Under the pieces are notes generated by a model. The model was not told the origin of the DNA and made no database searches. It worked only from the letters and a program-made list of their open reading frames with translations. From Candidatus Aminicenantes bacterium (GTDB lineage Bacteria > Acidobacteriota > Aminicenantia > UBA2199): 64,000 nucleotides of DNA. Each line of letters opens with the position of its first letter. The stretch's first letter is position 1. Shown piece by piece: positions 18,429 through 31,812 of the stretch. A program made the translations under genes and the position numbers. The stretch spans positions 423,804-487,803 of the forward strand of contig CAVXAL010000003.1 in assembly GCA_963759765.1 (NCBI GenBank). The letters are read 5' to 3'.

Positions 18429-21400
18429 TTAAGATTTTTCAGAAGGAGTGAAAATCCTTTCCAGTGCAGCGCTGAGCAGCCGCATGTCCACCGGTTTCTT
18501 CAACACCTCGCGGAATCCCTGCCGCTGAAGGTCGCCCATGCCGTCTTCGCTGTAGGCGGTCATGGCGATCACCTTGTCGCTCAGATGAGCATGGCTGGTC
18601 TGAACGATTTTCAACAGGTCTGACCCGCTCATCTCCGGCATCTTGATGTCGCTGATCACCAGGGCGATCTTTTTTTTGTTCAACAGGTTGAGGGCTTGTT
18701 TGGCGGTGGCGGCGCCGATGGCATCGTATTGCAGGGTTTGCAGCATCTCCAGCATGATCGTGCGCACCGATTCTTCGTCTTCCACCACCAGTATCACCTG
18801 GCCTTTGCCGGTGGGAATTTTGCCTTTGATCTTCTTTTCGCCGGCTTCGGCGGCTGTCGTTTCTTGATGGCGGGGAATGAGGATGGTAAAGCAGGTGCCC
18901 AGGGATGGCCGGCTCTCCACGGTGATATATCCGTTCAGCTGTTCAACGATTCGCTTGACCGTGGAGAGTCCCAAACCGGTGCCTTTGCCCTTCCCCTTGG
19001 TGGTGAAGAAGGGTTCGAAAATCTTGCCGACGTAGTCGCTGGAAATACCGTGACCGGAATCTTTGACTGCCAGGCAGGCATAGGTGCCCGCCTTGACCAG
19101 CACATTTTGGATGATCTGACTCTCGCGCAGGTCGACGTTGAAGGTCTCGATCAGAATATCGCCACCCTCGGGCATGGCGTCGCGGGCGTTGATGATCAGG
19201 TTCATCAGGATCTGCTTGATCTTGCCCTGGTCGACCTTGACCGGGTAGACGTCCGGAGCAAGACGGGTGGAGAGCTGGATATGTTCTTCGACCGCCCGGC
19301 GCAGGATCTCGTTCCAGTCTGAAATCAGCGAACTCAGACTGAGTATTTCCAGGTACGGCTCGTCGCGGCGGCTGAAGGTGAGGAGCTGCTGCACCATACC
19401 TGCCGCGCTTTCGGATGCGCTGATGATCGCCTGGACATGCTTGGACAGGGGAGTCGGTTTGCTGCCGATTTTGTATTCCAGCAGTTGGGCGTTGCCCATG
19501 ATCGAGGTCAGGATGTTGTTGTAATCATGGGCGATGCTGCCCACCAGTGTGCCGATGGTTTCAATCTTCTGCAGCTGCTGGAACTGCTCTTCGGTCTGGC
19601 GCAGGTCCTCTTCGGCCTGTTTGCGCTGGATGGCGGCCGCGATCTGGTGGGAGACGAAGACCAGGATGTCTTTGTCCTTTTCGTTGTGGCGCACGCTCGG
19701 ATCGTAGCTCTGGGTGACCATCACGCCGATCGTCTCCTGGTCGGCTGTTTTCAAAGGCACGCCCACCCAGTCGACCGAATCGGTACCGATCAATTCGATC
19801 TCTTTTTTCTGTTCCAGGTCGCGAAACACCGAACCGTCTGCCAGCAGTGGTTGGCCGGTGCGCAGCACGTATTCGGTCAGGCCGTTGCGCAGGCCGCGGG
19901 TCTTCTGAGGGGGTCGAACTGGTCGATGAAGTAGGGGAAACTGATGAGCTGGTTCTTCTTGTCGTAGAGGGCGATGTAGAAATTGCGGGTATCCATCAGC
20001 TCGCCGACGATGCGGTGGATGGAACGGTAGAGCTCTTTCATGTCCTTGGCGCTGCTCGCCGTTTCGGCGATTTGAAACAGAGCCGATTGCAGGCTTTCGG
20101 CATCCTTGTGCTCGTTGATGTCCCGGGAGGTCGTCACAATGCCGCGGATGCCCGGCTGGTCGAGGAGATTGACCGAGATCGATTCCAGCCAGATCCAGGT
20201 GCCGTCGGCGCGGCGCAGGCGGTACTGGTTGGGTTTGCCCGGTTGTTTGCTGGTGGCCACTTTGGCAAACTCGGAGCTGATATAGGCCAGGTCGTCGGGA
20301 TGGACGAGATCGAATGGGCTTTTGCCCAGCATGAGGCCGGGCTTGTACCCCAGGATTCTGGCTGCCGAGGGCGATTCGTAGAGGATTTTCCCCTCGCTGT
20401 CGTGGATGGTAATGATGTCGGAGGCGTTCTGGATCAGCGTGCGGAAACGCTCCTCGCTGGCGCGCAGCTCTTCTTCCGTTTTTTTTCGCTCGCTGATGTC
20501 GGTGTGGATTCCGATCATGCGCAGCGGCCGTCCGTCCGGCAGAAGCGAGATGACCTTGCCCCGGTCCAGGATCCACTTGTATGAGCCGTCCTGGCAGCGC
20601 AGCCGGTATTCGCTGACATAAACCGCTGTTTTCTTCTCCAGGTGCTTCTGGATCTCTTCCATGACCCGGCCGCTGTCGTCGGGATGGACCCGATTTTTCC
20701 ATTCGTCGAAATGGTTGCCAATTTCCTTTTCGGAATATCCCAGCATCTCCTTCCAGCGCCGGGAAAAAAAGGTTTCGTTTGTTTCCAGGTTCCAGTCCCA
20801 CACGCCGTCGCCGCTCCCCTCCAGGGCGAATTCCCACCGTTCCTGGCTGCGCCGCAGGATCTCCCCGGCCCCTTTGATGTCGGTGAGGTTGAGAATGACC
20901 CCTCTCAAGCCGGCCGATTTTTTTTCCTTGAAAATGATGGAAGAATAAATAGCTATCGGGAAGAATGTTCCGTCCTTGCGCACGGCCGTGTAAAGGTTTC
21001 CTGTCGGTTCGCCGGCGATCATCTTCAGCATGTTCTCCCGGGCCAACTCCGATTCCACCACCATGGAGAAGATGTTCAGTCCCTGGCTCAGGTCTTCATT
21101 CGAGTACTTGAACTCCTGAAAGGCGAATTGGTTGGCGAAGGTGATGCGCCCATCCCCCGCGCACTCGAAGACGGGCTGCGGCAACAAATTGGCCAGGTCC
21201 CTGAACCGCTTCTCGCTCTCGCGCAGCGCCTCTTCGGTTTTTCGGCGCTGGAGGTTGTTGATGACCAGCACCAGGACCGTGGCCAGCAGCAGGATGATGG
21301 TGCTCCCCACCAGCCAGACCAACGGCTTGTTCCGGGAATAGAGGGAGGGCTGGCTCTTGGCAAAACCGAAAAGAGGGGTCAGGCAGCCGGTCAGCAATTC

Positions 21401-21430
21401 CCCGCTCAACCCCAAAAAAATCTTTTTCAT
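18429..21430 (-). CDS. Membrane-anchored PAS/GAF hybrid sensor histidine kinase; one frameshift near 19905
   Basis: The fragments are 19877..21430 and the C-terminal part of 18429..20837. The first has a TM helix, PAS domains and the start of a GAF domain ('NFYIALYDKKNQLISFPYFIDQFDP'). The second has 'GLTEYVLRTGQPLLADG', the H-box 'IAHDYNNILTSIMGNAQL', 'INARDAMPEGG', 'GTGLGLS' and the receiver 'ILVVEDEE...LVISDIKMPEMSG'. Confidence 0.8.
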
Positions 21431-21647
21431 TTTAACCTGCGTTGAATGGAATTTTATGAAACGCCAGATTCATTGTCAAGAAAAAAAGGACGGGATACGC
21501 CAAAAAACGCGAAAAATTGTTTTGATTTAAAAAATTGTCTAGGTTTGTCTCAAGAGAATGAGAGGATTTTTACTTATTGAATAAGAGATAAGACCGCAAA
21601 CAAGTTAATGAAAAGAGATTTGATCGTGTTGAAATAGGGGATCATGG

Positions 21648-21676
21648 TTGACACATGAGGAAAATCGTATTAATAT
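21648..21676 (+). promoter_or_regulatory. Candidate sigma70-type promoter upstream of nrdR
   Basis: TTGACA (21648-21653), a 17-nt spacer and TAATAT (21671-21676). It sits about 90 nt upstream of the nrdR ATG in an AT-rich 330 bp intergenic region. Confidence 0.4.
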
Positions 21677-21764
21677 TGCTCACAATGTCATCGAAAAAGC
21701 AGAACCTCGGGCTGTTTCATTTTTTCTTCCAGAGGTTTTGCCCTTTTACCCTGGGAGATGAAGT

Positions 21765-22220
21765 ATGAATTGTCCTGATTGTCGCCGTCTGGAAGACAAG
21801 GTCATCGAAACAAGGGAAAGCAAAGACGGCCGTTACATCCGCCGTCGCCGTCAATGCTTGCGTTGCGGCAAGCGCTTCACCACCTACGAAAAAGTGGAGG
21901 ATATTCCCCTGATGGTGGTGAAAAAGGACGGTCGCCGGGAAAAATTCGATATCGACAAGATCCGCAAAGGTCTTTATCGGGCTGTGGAAAAGAGGCCGAT
22001 TCCCTCCAAGCACATCGAGCAGATTGCCCTGCAAATCGAGGATTATGTTTCCCGAGCGGAGCGCGAAGTGAACACCACCACCATCGGAGAGATGATTATG
22101 GACAGATTGAAACGCCTGGACAAGGTGGCTTACGTTCGCTTCGCATCGGTTTACTTGGAGTTCAAAAGCCTGGAGGAATTCATGGCTGAATTGCACCGTC
22201 TGCTGAAAAAGGAGGAGTAG
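21765..22220 (+). CDS. nrdR: Transcriptional repressor NrdR (zinc ribbon plus ATP-cone)
   Basis: 'MNCPDCRRLEDKVIETRESKDGRYIRRRRQCLRCGKRFTTYE' followed by an ATP-cone ('VVKKDGRREKFDIDKIRKGL'). Confidence 0.9.
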   Translation: MNCPDCRRLEDKVIETRESKDGRYIRRRRQCLRCGKRFTTYEKVEDIPLMVVKKDGRREKFDIDKIRKGLYRAVEKRPIPSKHIEQIALQIEDYVSRAEREVNTTTIGEMIMDRLKRLDKVAYVRFASVYLEFKSLEEFMAELHRLLKKEE

Positions 22221-22622
22221 ATGGGCAAACGAGATTATCCGTTCTTTGAGATTGAAATCGGGAAGAATTTCCCCGGGGGGATCAGCACCCATATCGACTG
22301 GAAACCACCGGCCAACATCATCGAGACCCGCGATACGCTGGTCATCGAAATGGAACTGGCCGGGGTGGAGAAAGACGATGTGACCATTACCCTGTTGAAC
22401 AACCAGGAGCTGATCATCAAGGGAGTGAAGAAGCAGCCGCCCCTTGAGACCGAACGGGTGGCCTATTACCTGTTCGAAAGGGAATACGGCACCTTCTACA
22501 AGCGAATCGTTATCGACTTCCCCCTGGATGCGACCAAGATCAAATCGCACATGGAGAACGGCGTGCTGTTTGTCGAGATTCCCAAAAAGAAGGTTCAAAA
22601 GATCTCCGTCGAAATCAAGTGA
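22221..22622 (+). CDS. Hsp20/alpha-crystallin small heat-shock protein
   Basis: 133 aa with 'ETRDTLVIEMELAGVEKDDVTI' and 'ENGVLFVEIPKK'. The ATG directly abuts the nrdR stop. Confidence 0.85.
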   Translation: MGKRDYPFFEIEIGKNFPGGISTHIDWKPPANIIETRDTLVIEMELAGVEKDDVTITLLNNQELIIKGVKKQPPLETERVAYYLFEREYGTFYKRIVIDFPLDATKIKSHMENGVLFVEIPKKKVQKISVEIK

Positions 22623-22630
22623 GGTAGGTT

Positions 22631-25016
<2,386 letters not shown>

Positions 25017-25020
<4 letters not shown>

Positions 25021-25973
25021 ATGAAGACCGCTTCGTCCGTTTTCTGAAAAAAAAATTTTCTTTCCGCCAGGGTGTTGGCATCGGCGATGACGCCGCGGTG
25101 ATCCGCGGCCTCAACGGCACACAACTGGTCACCACCGATCTGTTGATCGAGGATATCCACTTCCGCTTGGCCGACATGACCCCCCGGGAATTGGCCCGCA
25201 AGTCCCTGGCGGTCAACCTCAGTGATATCGCTGCCATGGGCGGGCGGCCGCTCCATTTCTATCTCGGGCTGGGCTTTCCCGACCGTCTGGGTCTGGACTA
25301 CCTGAAGCGCTTTTTTAGCGGCCTGGCCGGCGGCTGCAAGCGCTGGCGGGTGGAACTGGCCGGAGGTGACTACTCCCGCTCGCGCCAGTTGGTGATTGCC
25401 ATCACTGTGATCGGTTGTGCCGACCGTCCCGTGCTGCGCAGCGGAGCGCGGCCCGGCGACTGGCTGGCCGTCAGCCGGTCCCGACCGGGGAATCGGCCCT
25501 GGGATTGCGCCTGCTGCTTGCCGGAGTCTCCGGCGGTTATTTCGTCAACCGCCACAAACGAGTGGAACCGGCGCTGGAGCAGGGGCGGACTCTGGCGCGT
25601 TACGCCAGCGCCATGATCGACGTCTCGGACGGGCTGTTGCTCGATCTGCGGAGAATCCTGGCGGCCTCGGGGGTGGGGGCGGAGGTGGAGGCCGAGGCTT
25701 TGCCGGTCTCGGCTCGGATGGAAGCCCTCTGCCGCCGTCACGGCTGGAATCTGCGCGAGCTGCAACTAACCGGCGGAGAAGATTACGTATTGCTTTTCAC
25801 GGTTTCGGCAAAAAACGAACTGCGCCTGAGAAAGGAACCCATTGACTATTTCCGCATCGGCCGGGTCGACCCGCAGCCGGCGGCTGGTCGTCCGCCATCG
25901 TGGCCGGATCCTTTCCCTGCCGCGCTTGGGGTTTGACCATTTCCTTCAGGCCGGCAAGGAGGAGGCAGAATGA
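25017..25973 (+). CDS. thiL: Thiamine-monophosphate kinase ThiL; 2-3 frameshifts
   Basis: The fragments are 25017..25616 ('GIGDDAAV', 'TTDLLIEDIHF', 'AVNLSDIAAMGG') and 25415..25936 ('MIDVSDGLLLDL', 'TGGEDYVLLFT'). The terminal frame reads 'RRLVVRHRGRILSLPRLGFDHF...' ending at TGA 25971-25973. The start forms an ATGA-type overlap with the lon stop. Confidence 0.8.
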
Positions 25974-27413
25974 GAATCAGCAAGAAAAGGGTTTTCCAGC
26001 CCCATCGTTACCCGGCCATTGTGCTGCCCTTTTTTCGCCGCGCCGGTGCCGGAGGCCTGGTGCGGGAGTTTCCCGAATTGGCCGAGGGGCTGAAGCGCTT
26101 CAAAATCCGCGGGCTGCCCGGTCATGATCTCGTTTTTTATTCCGCCGAGCGTCAGCAGTGGCTGGCTGTGATCGGCGCCGGTGAGCCGGGCAGCCTGAAC
26201 GAGGCCCGCAAGCTGGCTAAGCGGATCGCCGGCTGTCTGAGGGAGAACCGCCTGGCCCGGGCCCTGGTCGGATTCCCTCCAAAAGGTGGCTCTCGACCGC
26301 GATTACCTGATCAACCTGGTCGATTACCTTCTGCTCAACGATTACCGCTTTGATCGGTATCGCAAGAAAAAGGAGAAGGGCCTGCAGCAGCTCGACCTGT
26401 TTTCCCGCCACCAGACCGCCATCTCCTCCCTGGAGCTGCGGCAACGCGAGATGCTCGATCCGCCGGTGCGCCTGGTGCGCGACCTGGTCAACGAGACGCC
26501 GGCCAAGGTCAATCCCGACTCCCTGGTGGCCGCGCTGGCAGAGGTAGCCGGACGGAATCGGTCGCGGATTCAGGTGCTGCGTCGGAGGGAACTTGAAAAG
26601 CGTGGCTACCGCGGCCTGCTGGCTGTGGGCGGAGCCGGATGCTGCGAGCCAGCCCTGGTCACGCTGACTTATGCGCCGACCGGATTCCGCAGGACCGTGG
26701 CCCTGGTGGGCAAAGGGATCACCTTCGATTCCGGCGGCCTGAACATCAAAATCGGCAAAGCCATGGAGGAGATGAAGTGCGACATGGCCGGCGCCGCGCT
26801 GGTGGCCGGGGTGCTGCAGGCCGTTGCCCAGCTGCGTCTGCCCATCCGGCTGATCGGCCTGGCAGCCATTGCCGAAAATATGCCGGGCCGGGCCGCCTAC
26901 AAGCCCGGCGACGTCATCACCTATGCCAACGGCAAGACGGTGGAAATCGTCAACACCGACGCCGAGGGTCGCCTAATTCTGGCGGATGCCCTGATCGAAG
27001 CCAGCCGTTTGAAACCGGACTGTATCGTCGAATTTTCCACCCTGACCGGCGCCATTGTCACGGCGTTGGGTGACAGTTTTGCCGGCCTGATGACCCGTAA
27101 CCGGCGCCTGGCATCCCAGCTGCTTGCCGCGGGCGAACGCTGCGGTGAGTTTCTCTGGGAGCTGCCCCTGTTCGAGGAGTATCGCGAGAATATCGGCTCC
27201 ACCATCGCCGACCTGAAAAACGCCAATTACGAGGGAGCCTCCTCTTTGAAGGCGGGGCTCTTTCTCGCTGAATTTACCGGCCGCGTGCCTTTCGCCCATA
27301 TCGACATTGCCGGTACCGCCTTTTTGAGCAAAGCCAACCACTACTTTTCCGCTACCGGGGCCACCGGCTTCGGCGTCCGGCTGATGATTGAATTCTTACG
27401 TTCCCTTCTCTGA
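25970..27413 (+). CDS. pepA: Leucyl aminopeptidase (M17); one frameshift near 26285
   Basis: The fragments are 25970..26353 and 26286..27413. The second has 'GKGITFDSGGLNIK', 'MKCDMAGAA' and 'NTDAEGRLILADAL'. ATG 25970 overlaps the thiL stop. Confidence 0.85.
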
Positions 27414-27488
27414 ACTGGTCAGGCCCTGAACGAAGCGGAAAAGTGATTATCGGCATCCGCGCGGACAGGGGCTTGCATGGGGCGGAGC

Positions 27489-28262
27489 TCAGCCGGGTTT
27501 TTCAGCGGCCTGCCGCAAGCCCTGCTGCAGCTTAAGCATGGTGAGCCGGCATCCCTCGGTCAGTTCGCGGCGCCGATCGCCGGAAAGCCCGCTCGTGGGA
27601 ATGGGCGCGCCGATAACGGCGCGAACCAGCCCCGGACGCAGCTGCAACGTGCCGGGAGGCAGGATGGCCGCCGTTCCCTCAACGACCACCGGCACGATCT
27701 CCACTCCGGCCAGAATGGCGGCCATGAAGGCCCCGCTCTTGAACGATTTGATTTCTCCATCCGGGCTGCGTGTCCCCTCGGGAAAGGCGATGAGTGATTT
27801 TCCTGTGCCGATGGTTGCCACGGCTTTTTGGAAGCTGTCCAAGGAGCGGCTGCGGCTACGGCGATCGATGAAAATCATGCCGCTGGCTGCAATGACCCAG
27901 CCGAGTAGCGGCACATGGCGCAGTTCGGCTTTGGCCAGAAAATGCAGGTTAACCGGAAGCACGGTGCAGGCCACGAGGATATCCAACGCCGACTGGTGGT
28001 TCATGACATAGACGTGGGGTTTGGAAAAGTCCACCTGCGGATGGCCGCTGACCTGCAGACGGACTCCGGCCAACTTGAGAAGGTAGGGCGCCCAAACGAT
28101 GTGCGCCACGCGCAGCGGGAAACCGCGCTTGCCGGTGAGCAACACCCCCAGCAGGCTGATCGAGATCCAGAAAAACGACCAGAGGAGTGCGGCCAATACC
28201 TGCAGTGCATTGAGCGGTATCCGCCACAGGCGGTTGACCATTCTTTCGCTCCTCGGTTCCAC
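27489..28262 (-). CDS. plsC: 1-acyl-sn-glycerol-3-phosphate acyltransferase
   Basis: 257 aa with an N-terminal TM helix, the HX4D motif 'NHQSALD' and 'FPEGTRS'. Confidence 0.8.
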   Translation of the reverse strand: MEPRSERMVNRLWRIPLNALQVLAALLWSFFWISISLLGVLLTGKRGFPLRVAHIVWAPYLLKLAGVRLQVSGHPQVDFSKPHVYVMNHQSALDILVACTVLPVNLHFLAKAELRHVPLLGWVIAASGMIFIDRRSRSRSLDSFQKAVATIGTGKSLIAFPEGTRSPDGEIKSFKSGAFMAAILAGVEIVPVVVEGTAAILPPGTLQLRPGLVRAVIGAPIPTSGLSGDRRRELTEGCRLTMLKLQQGLRQAAEKPG

Positions 28263-28324
28263 GTCTGGGCCCTACGGGCTTCTGATTTTATGACAGTTTA
28301 CGGGCATTGACAAGAGCCCGCGAA

Positions 28325-28353
28325 TTGACAAATCCGGGTTTTAATAATATATA
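28325..28353 (+). promoter_or_regulatory. Candidate sigma70-type promoter placed so that the BFN-gene transcript would be leaderless or nearly so
   Basis: TTGACA (28325-28330), a 17-nt spacer and TATATA (28348-28353). The ATG lies at 28362, only 8 nt after the -10 element, with no Shine-Dalgarno in between. Confidence 0.35.
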
Positions 28354-28361
28354 AGTACCTT

Positions 28362-28856
28362 ATGCAGAAGATGTATGAAGTGCATGTGGTGGGCCTGATC
28401 ATGGACCCGGTGTCCAAGTGCCCGGTGATGATCCTGGAGCCCCTCAACCGGAAAAAGGTGATCCCCATCTGGATTGGCCTATCCGAGGCCAATGCCATCG
28501 CCCTGGAGCTGGAGAATGTGGCCCCGCCGCGGCCCTTGACCCACGACCTGATCAAGAACCTGATGGAGCTGTTCCGGGCCAATGTGGACAAGGTGATCAT
28601 CACCGATCTCATTGACAACACCTATTACGCCGAGCTGTACGTCAAAAAAGGGAACGATGTGCAGATCATCGACTGCCGGCCTTCGGACGCGGTGGCCATG
28701 GCCCTGAAGAACAAGGCCAAGATCTTCGTCACCGAGCAGGTGCTGGAGACCTCGCTGGTCAACGATTTCTTCTCCAACCTGCTGGACAGCCCGGAAAAGA
28801 TCGATTCCTGGTTCAATTCGCTCACCCCCGACGATTTCGGCAAGGTCGAGCAATAA
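28362..28856 (+). CDS. Bifunctional nuclease (BFN/DUF151) family protein
   Basis: 164 aa. 'PVMILEPLNRKKVIPIWIGLSEANAIALELE' and 'RPLTHDL' are typical of DUF151. Confidence 0.65.
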   Translation: MQKMYEVHVVGLIMDPVSKCPVMILEPLNRKKVIPIWIGLSEANAIALELENVAPPRPLTHDLIKNLMELFRANVDKVIITDLIDNTYYAELYVKKGNDVQIIDCRPSDAVAMALKNKAKIFVTEQVLETSLVNDFFSNLLDSPEKIDSWFNSLTPDDFGKVEQ

Positions 28857-28901
28857 TTTTCTGAAATTCTCTTTCTGAAACTAAGCCTTGATTAAGAAAG
28901 T

Positions 28902-29666
28902 TCAATTTTTTTTCGACTGCTGCCAGAGAGCTTCCATCTCCTGGAGGGTGGAATGGCGGATGTCTTTGCCCCGCTTCTTCAGCTCTTTTTCGATGAAGCG
29001 AAAACGCTGCCCAAATTTCTTGTTGGTCTGATTCAGGGCGAATTCGGGGTTGATTTTGAGCAGCCGGGCCACATTGGCCACGGCAAAAAGCAGGTCACCG
29101 ATTTCCTGTTCGGCGCGGTCGCTCCTTCTCTTTTTCAATTCAAGTTCGAGCTCGGCGATCTCCTCTTCGACCTTGGCCAGCGCCTGCCGGGCGTCGTCCC
29201 AGTCGAAGCCGACGCTGCCCGCCTGGGAGGCCAGCCGGTGGGCGGTGAGCAGGGCCGGCATGTGCTCTGGGTAGTCGGAAAGGATGCTTGTCTTCTCCTT
29301 TTCGACCATCTTGATCCGCTCCCAGTTGGCCTTGACCTCTTCGGGGGTGTGTGCCTTGGCTCTACCGAAGATGTGGGGATGGCGGTTGACCAGTTTTCTG
29401 TTGATGGTGGCGATCACGTCGCGGATGCCAAACTGTTTTTTTTCCTGGGCGATTCGTGCCAGGAAAACGATCTGCAGCAGCAGATCGCCCAGTTCCTCCT
29501 TGATCCGCTCCGGCGCTCGGCTTTCAATGGCTTCCAGAAGCTCGTGGGCCTCTTCCAGGATATATTCCTTCAGCGTATTCTCCGTCTGCTTCAGATCCCA
29601 AGGGCAACCTGTGCGCGGCCGACGCAGGCGGGCCATCAGTCGGACCAGGCGGCTGAATGCGTTCAT
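28902..29666 (-). CDS. mazG: Nucleoside triphosphate pyrophosphohydrolase MazG
   Basis: This is ORF 28902..29828 taken from the internal ATG at 29666 ('MNAFSRLVRLMARLRRPRTGCPWDLKQT'). It has tandem MazG repeats with 'EEAHELLEAI' and 'EIGDLLF'. Confidence 0.8.
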   Translation of the reverse strand: MNAFSRLVRLMARLRRPRTGCPWDLKQTENTLKEYILEEAHELLEAIESRAPERIKEELGDLLLQIVFLARIAQEKKQFGIRDVIATINRKLVNRHPHIFGRAKAHTPEEVKANWERIKMVEKEKTSILSDYPEHMPALLTAHRLASQAGSVGFDWDDARQALAKVEEEIAELELELKKRRSDRAEQEIGDLLFAVANVARLLKINPEFALNQTNKKFGQRFRFIEKELKKRGKDIRHSTLQEMEALWQQSKKN

Positions 29667-29810
29667 CTTTTTCTCTCTGCTCGGCTTGCCGAACGCCCTA
29701 TCATATCCCCGGCACCGGCCCAGTGCAACTCCGGTTTGAATATCTTTTTTGTTTATGTTATATTTTACTGAAGGTATGGGCCTGCAAGGCGACAAGGCGA
29801 TAGGTAAGCG

Positions 29811-30044
29811 ATGAAAGCGGATTTTCATTCCCTGGTGACGTTGTTGGCCACCCAGTGCATGATCAATCTGGGCGAAATTCCCGACCCGCTGGGCAAGCAG
29901 ACAAATTCCAATCGGCCGGGGGCCGCGCTGTTCATCGATTTGCTGGCTGTCCTGCAGAAAAAGAGCCAGGGGAATCTGGATGAGCGGGAAGAGAAGTTTC
30001 TGCTGGACGTGATCGATAATCTGAAGGCGATCTATACCAAATAA
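29811..30044 (+). CDS. DUF1844-domain protein
   Basis: 77 aa. 'LLATQCMINLGEIPDP' and 'AALFIDLLAVLQKKSQGNL' match my recollection of DUF1844. Confidence 0.55.
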   Translation: MKADFHSLVTLLATQCMINLGEIPDPLGKQTNSNRPGAALFIDLLAVLQKKSQGNLDEREEKFLLDVIDNLKAIYTK

Positions 30045-30053
30045 GGTTGACGC

Positions 30054-31812
30054 ATGGCAAAAAAATCGTTGACGGGTTTGCTGCTACTGGCGGTCACGGC
30101 GTCCCTGTGGGGATCCGGCAATCCCTGGGGGAATTTGAAGAAGATGTATTTTTACAGCTCCGTGAACAACCTGGAGCAGGTGCGGCGGAATTTGGCCGAG
30201 TTAAGTTCAGAATCGACCAGCCGCAGGGAGAAGGAGGAAATCGCGGGCCAGTTGCTGCAACTGGCCGACCACTATTTTCAGACAAAGAACTACGCTCTGG
30301 CCCGGGAGTTCTATCAGAAGATTCTGGTTCTCTCTCCGGATGCCTGGGCGGTTTTCAATAGTTTGGAAATGATCGAACGGGCCCAGGGCCGGAAGCTGAT
30401 CAATCCCGTGTATGCCTGGCAGCAGCTGCATCACAGTCTGAGGAATTTTGATAGCTCTTATTTGCTGGTCAGCAATTTTTTCAACGTTCTTTTCTTTGCC
30501 TGGCTGTTGGTCTTTTTTTTATTCACGATGGTCGAGTTTGTGAAGTACTTCAAACTGGCCATCAACGACTGCGCCCTGAACCGGAAACGCGAGTTTTCCC
30601 TGCTCCGGCTGTTTCTGGTCATCGTTTTTTTCCTCTGGCCGATCGTGGTGGTCGGGGGCTGGGGCATCTATCCTTTCTTGATCGCCGGTTTCCTCTGGGG
30701 GTACTTGAACGGCTACGAAAAAACCGTTTGCCGGTGGATTTTGGGCTTGCTGCTGTTTTTCTCGCTGCTGCTGGCGTTCAACCGTTATCTGGCCCGCAGT
30801 GTGACCAGCGAACCGTTCGATTTAGCCCGGCGCATTTACGAAGGCGAGCTGCTGGCCGAGAAGTCTTCCCATCCTCCACTGGATAACCAGCTGAAGGTGC
30901 TGCAAGCCTACACGCTCTACGAACACCGCCAGTTTGCCGGCGCGCTGGAGCTGCTCAACACCGTGGACAAGAATTACCGCAGCATTCTGAAGTTTAACCT
31001 GCTGGGCAGTATCTTTTTCGAGAACGGCAATATCGGCCAGAGCATGCAATATTTCCGAGAAGCCCTGGGGATCAACGACAAGGATCCGACTACGCTGAAA
31101 AATTTTACCCTGGCGCTGCTCAAGAGCAATGATCCCAAGATGCTGGATTCCTACCGCGGCCGGTATCCCCAGATCGGGCTTTACAAACAGAGCGTGCAGA
31201 GCCTGGAGAAGCTCTCCATTCCCGAGCGTTTTCTTTGGAAACGGGCACTCAGCTTCGGACAGCCCACCTTCCCGGCCTGGGATTTTTTCAGAGATCTTAG
31301 TACTGGAGTTCGTCAAACTGCCCGTCCTGGCCTGCCTGCTGCTTTTGGGAGTTTATATCGGCCTGTTTAAAAAGGGTTTCCCGCGCATGGGGCAGAGCAC
31401 GTTTTGCGGAAAATGTTCGAAAATCATAAAGAAAGCGGCGTTCGAACAGGTCCATGTCCTGTGCGACGAATGTTATCAGCTTTTCCTGATCAAAGACCCG
31501 ATCTTTTATGAGGCCAAAGTGATCAAGGAAAAGGAGATCAACCGCCAGTGGCGGCGCCGGTTTGCCCTCCAGCTAGCCATTTCCCTGCTCATCCCGGGTT
31601 TCTATCTGAATTTCCGGGAGAAGACCAAACTGTTTGTCTTTCTTAGCGGCCTGTTCTTCTTGCTCGGCGGCTATTTTGTGTTCACCTCCCTGCTTTTTCA
31701 CCGTTATTTCGGCACGGTGCCGCTGTTCCTGAACCTAATGGGCATGGCCACTTTTTTCTGGTATTTGCTTGTCAATATCTATGCGGTGAGCGGAGACGAA
31801 AATGGCTTTTAA
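30054..31812 (+). CDS. TPR-repeat polytopic membrane protein with a zinc-ribbon segment; one frameshift near 31290
   Basis: The fragments are 30054..31370 (signal/TM, TPR-like repeats, several TM helices) and 31129..31812. The second holds 'CGKCSKIIKK...CDECYQLF' and more TM helices. Confidence 0.55.
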
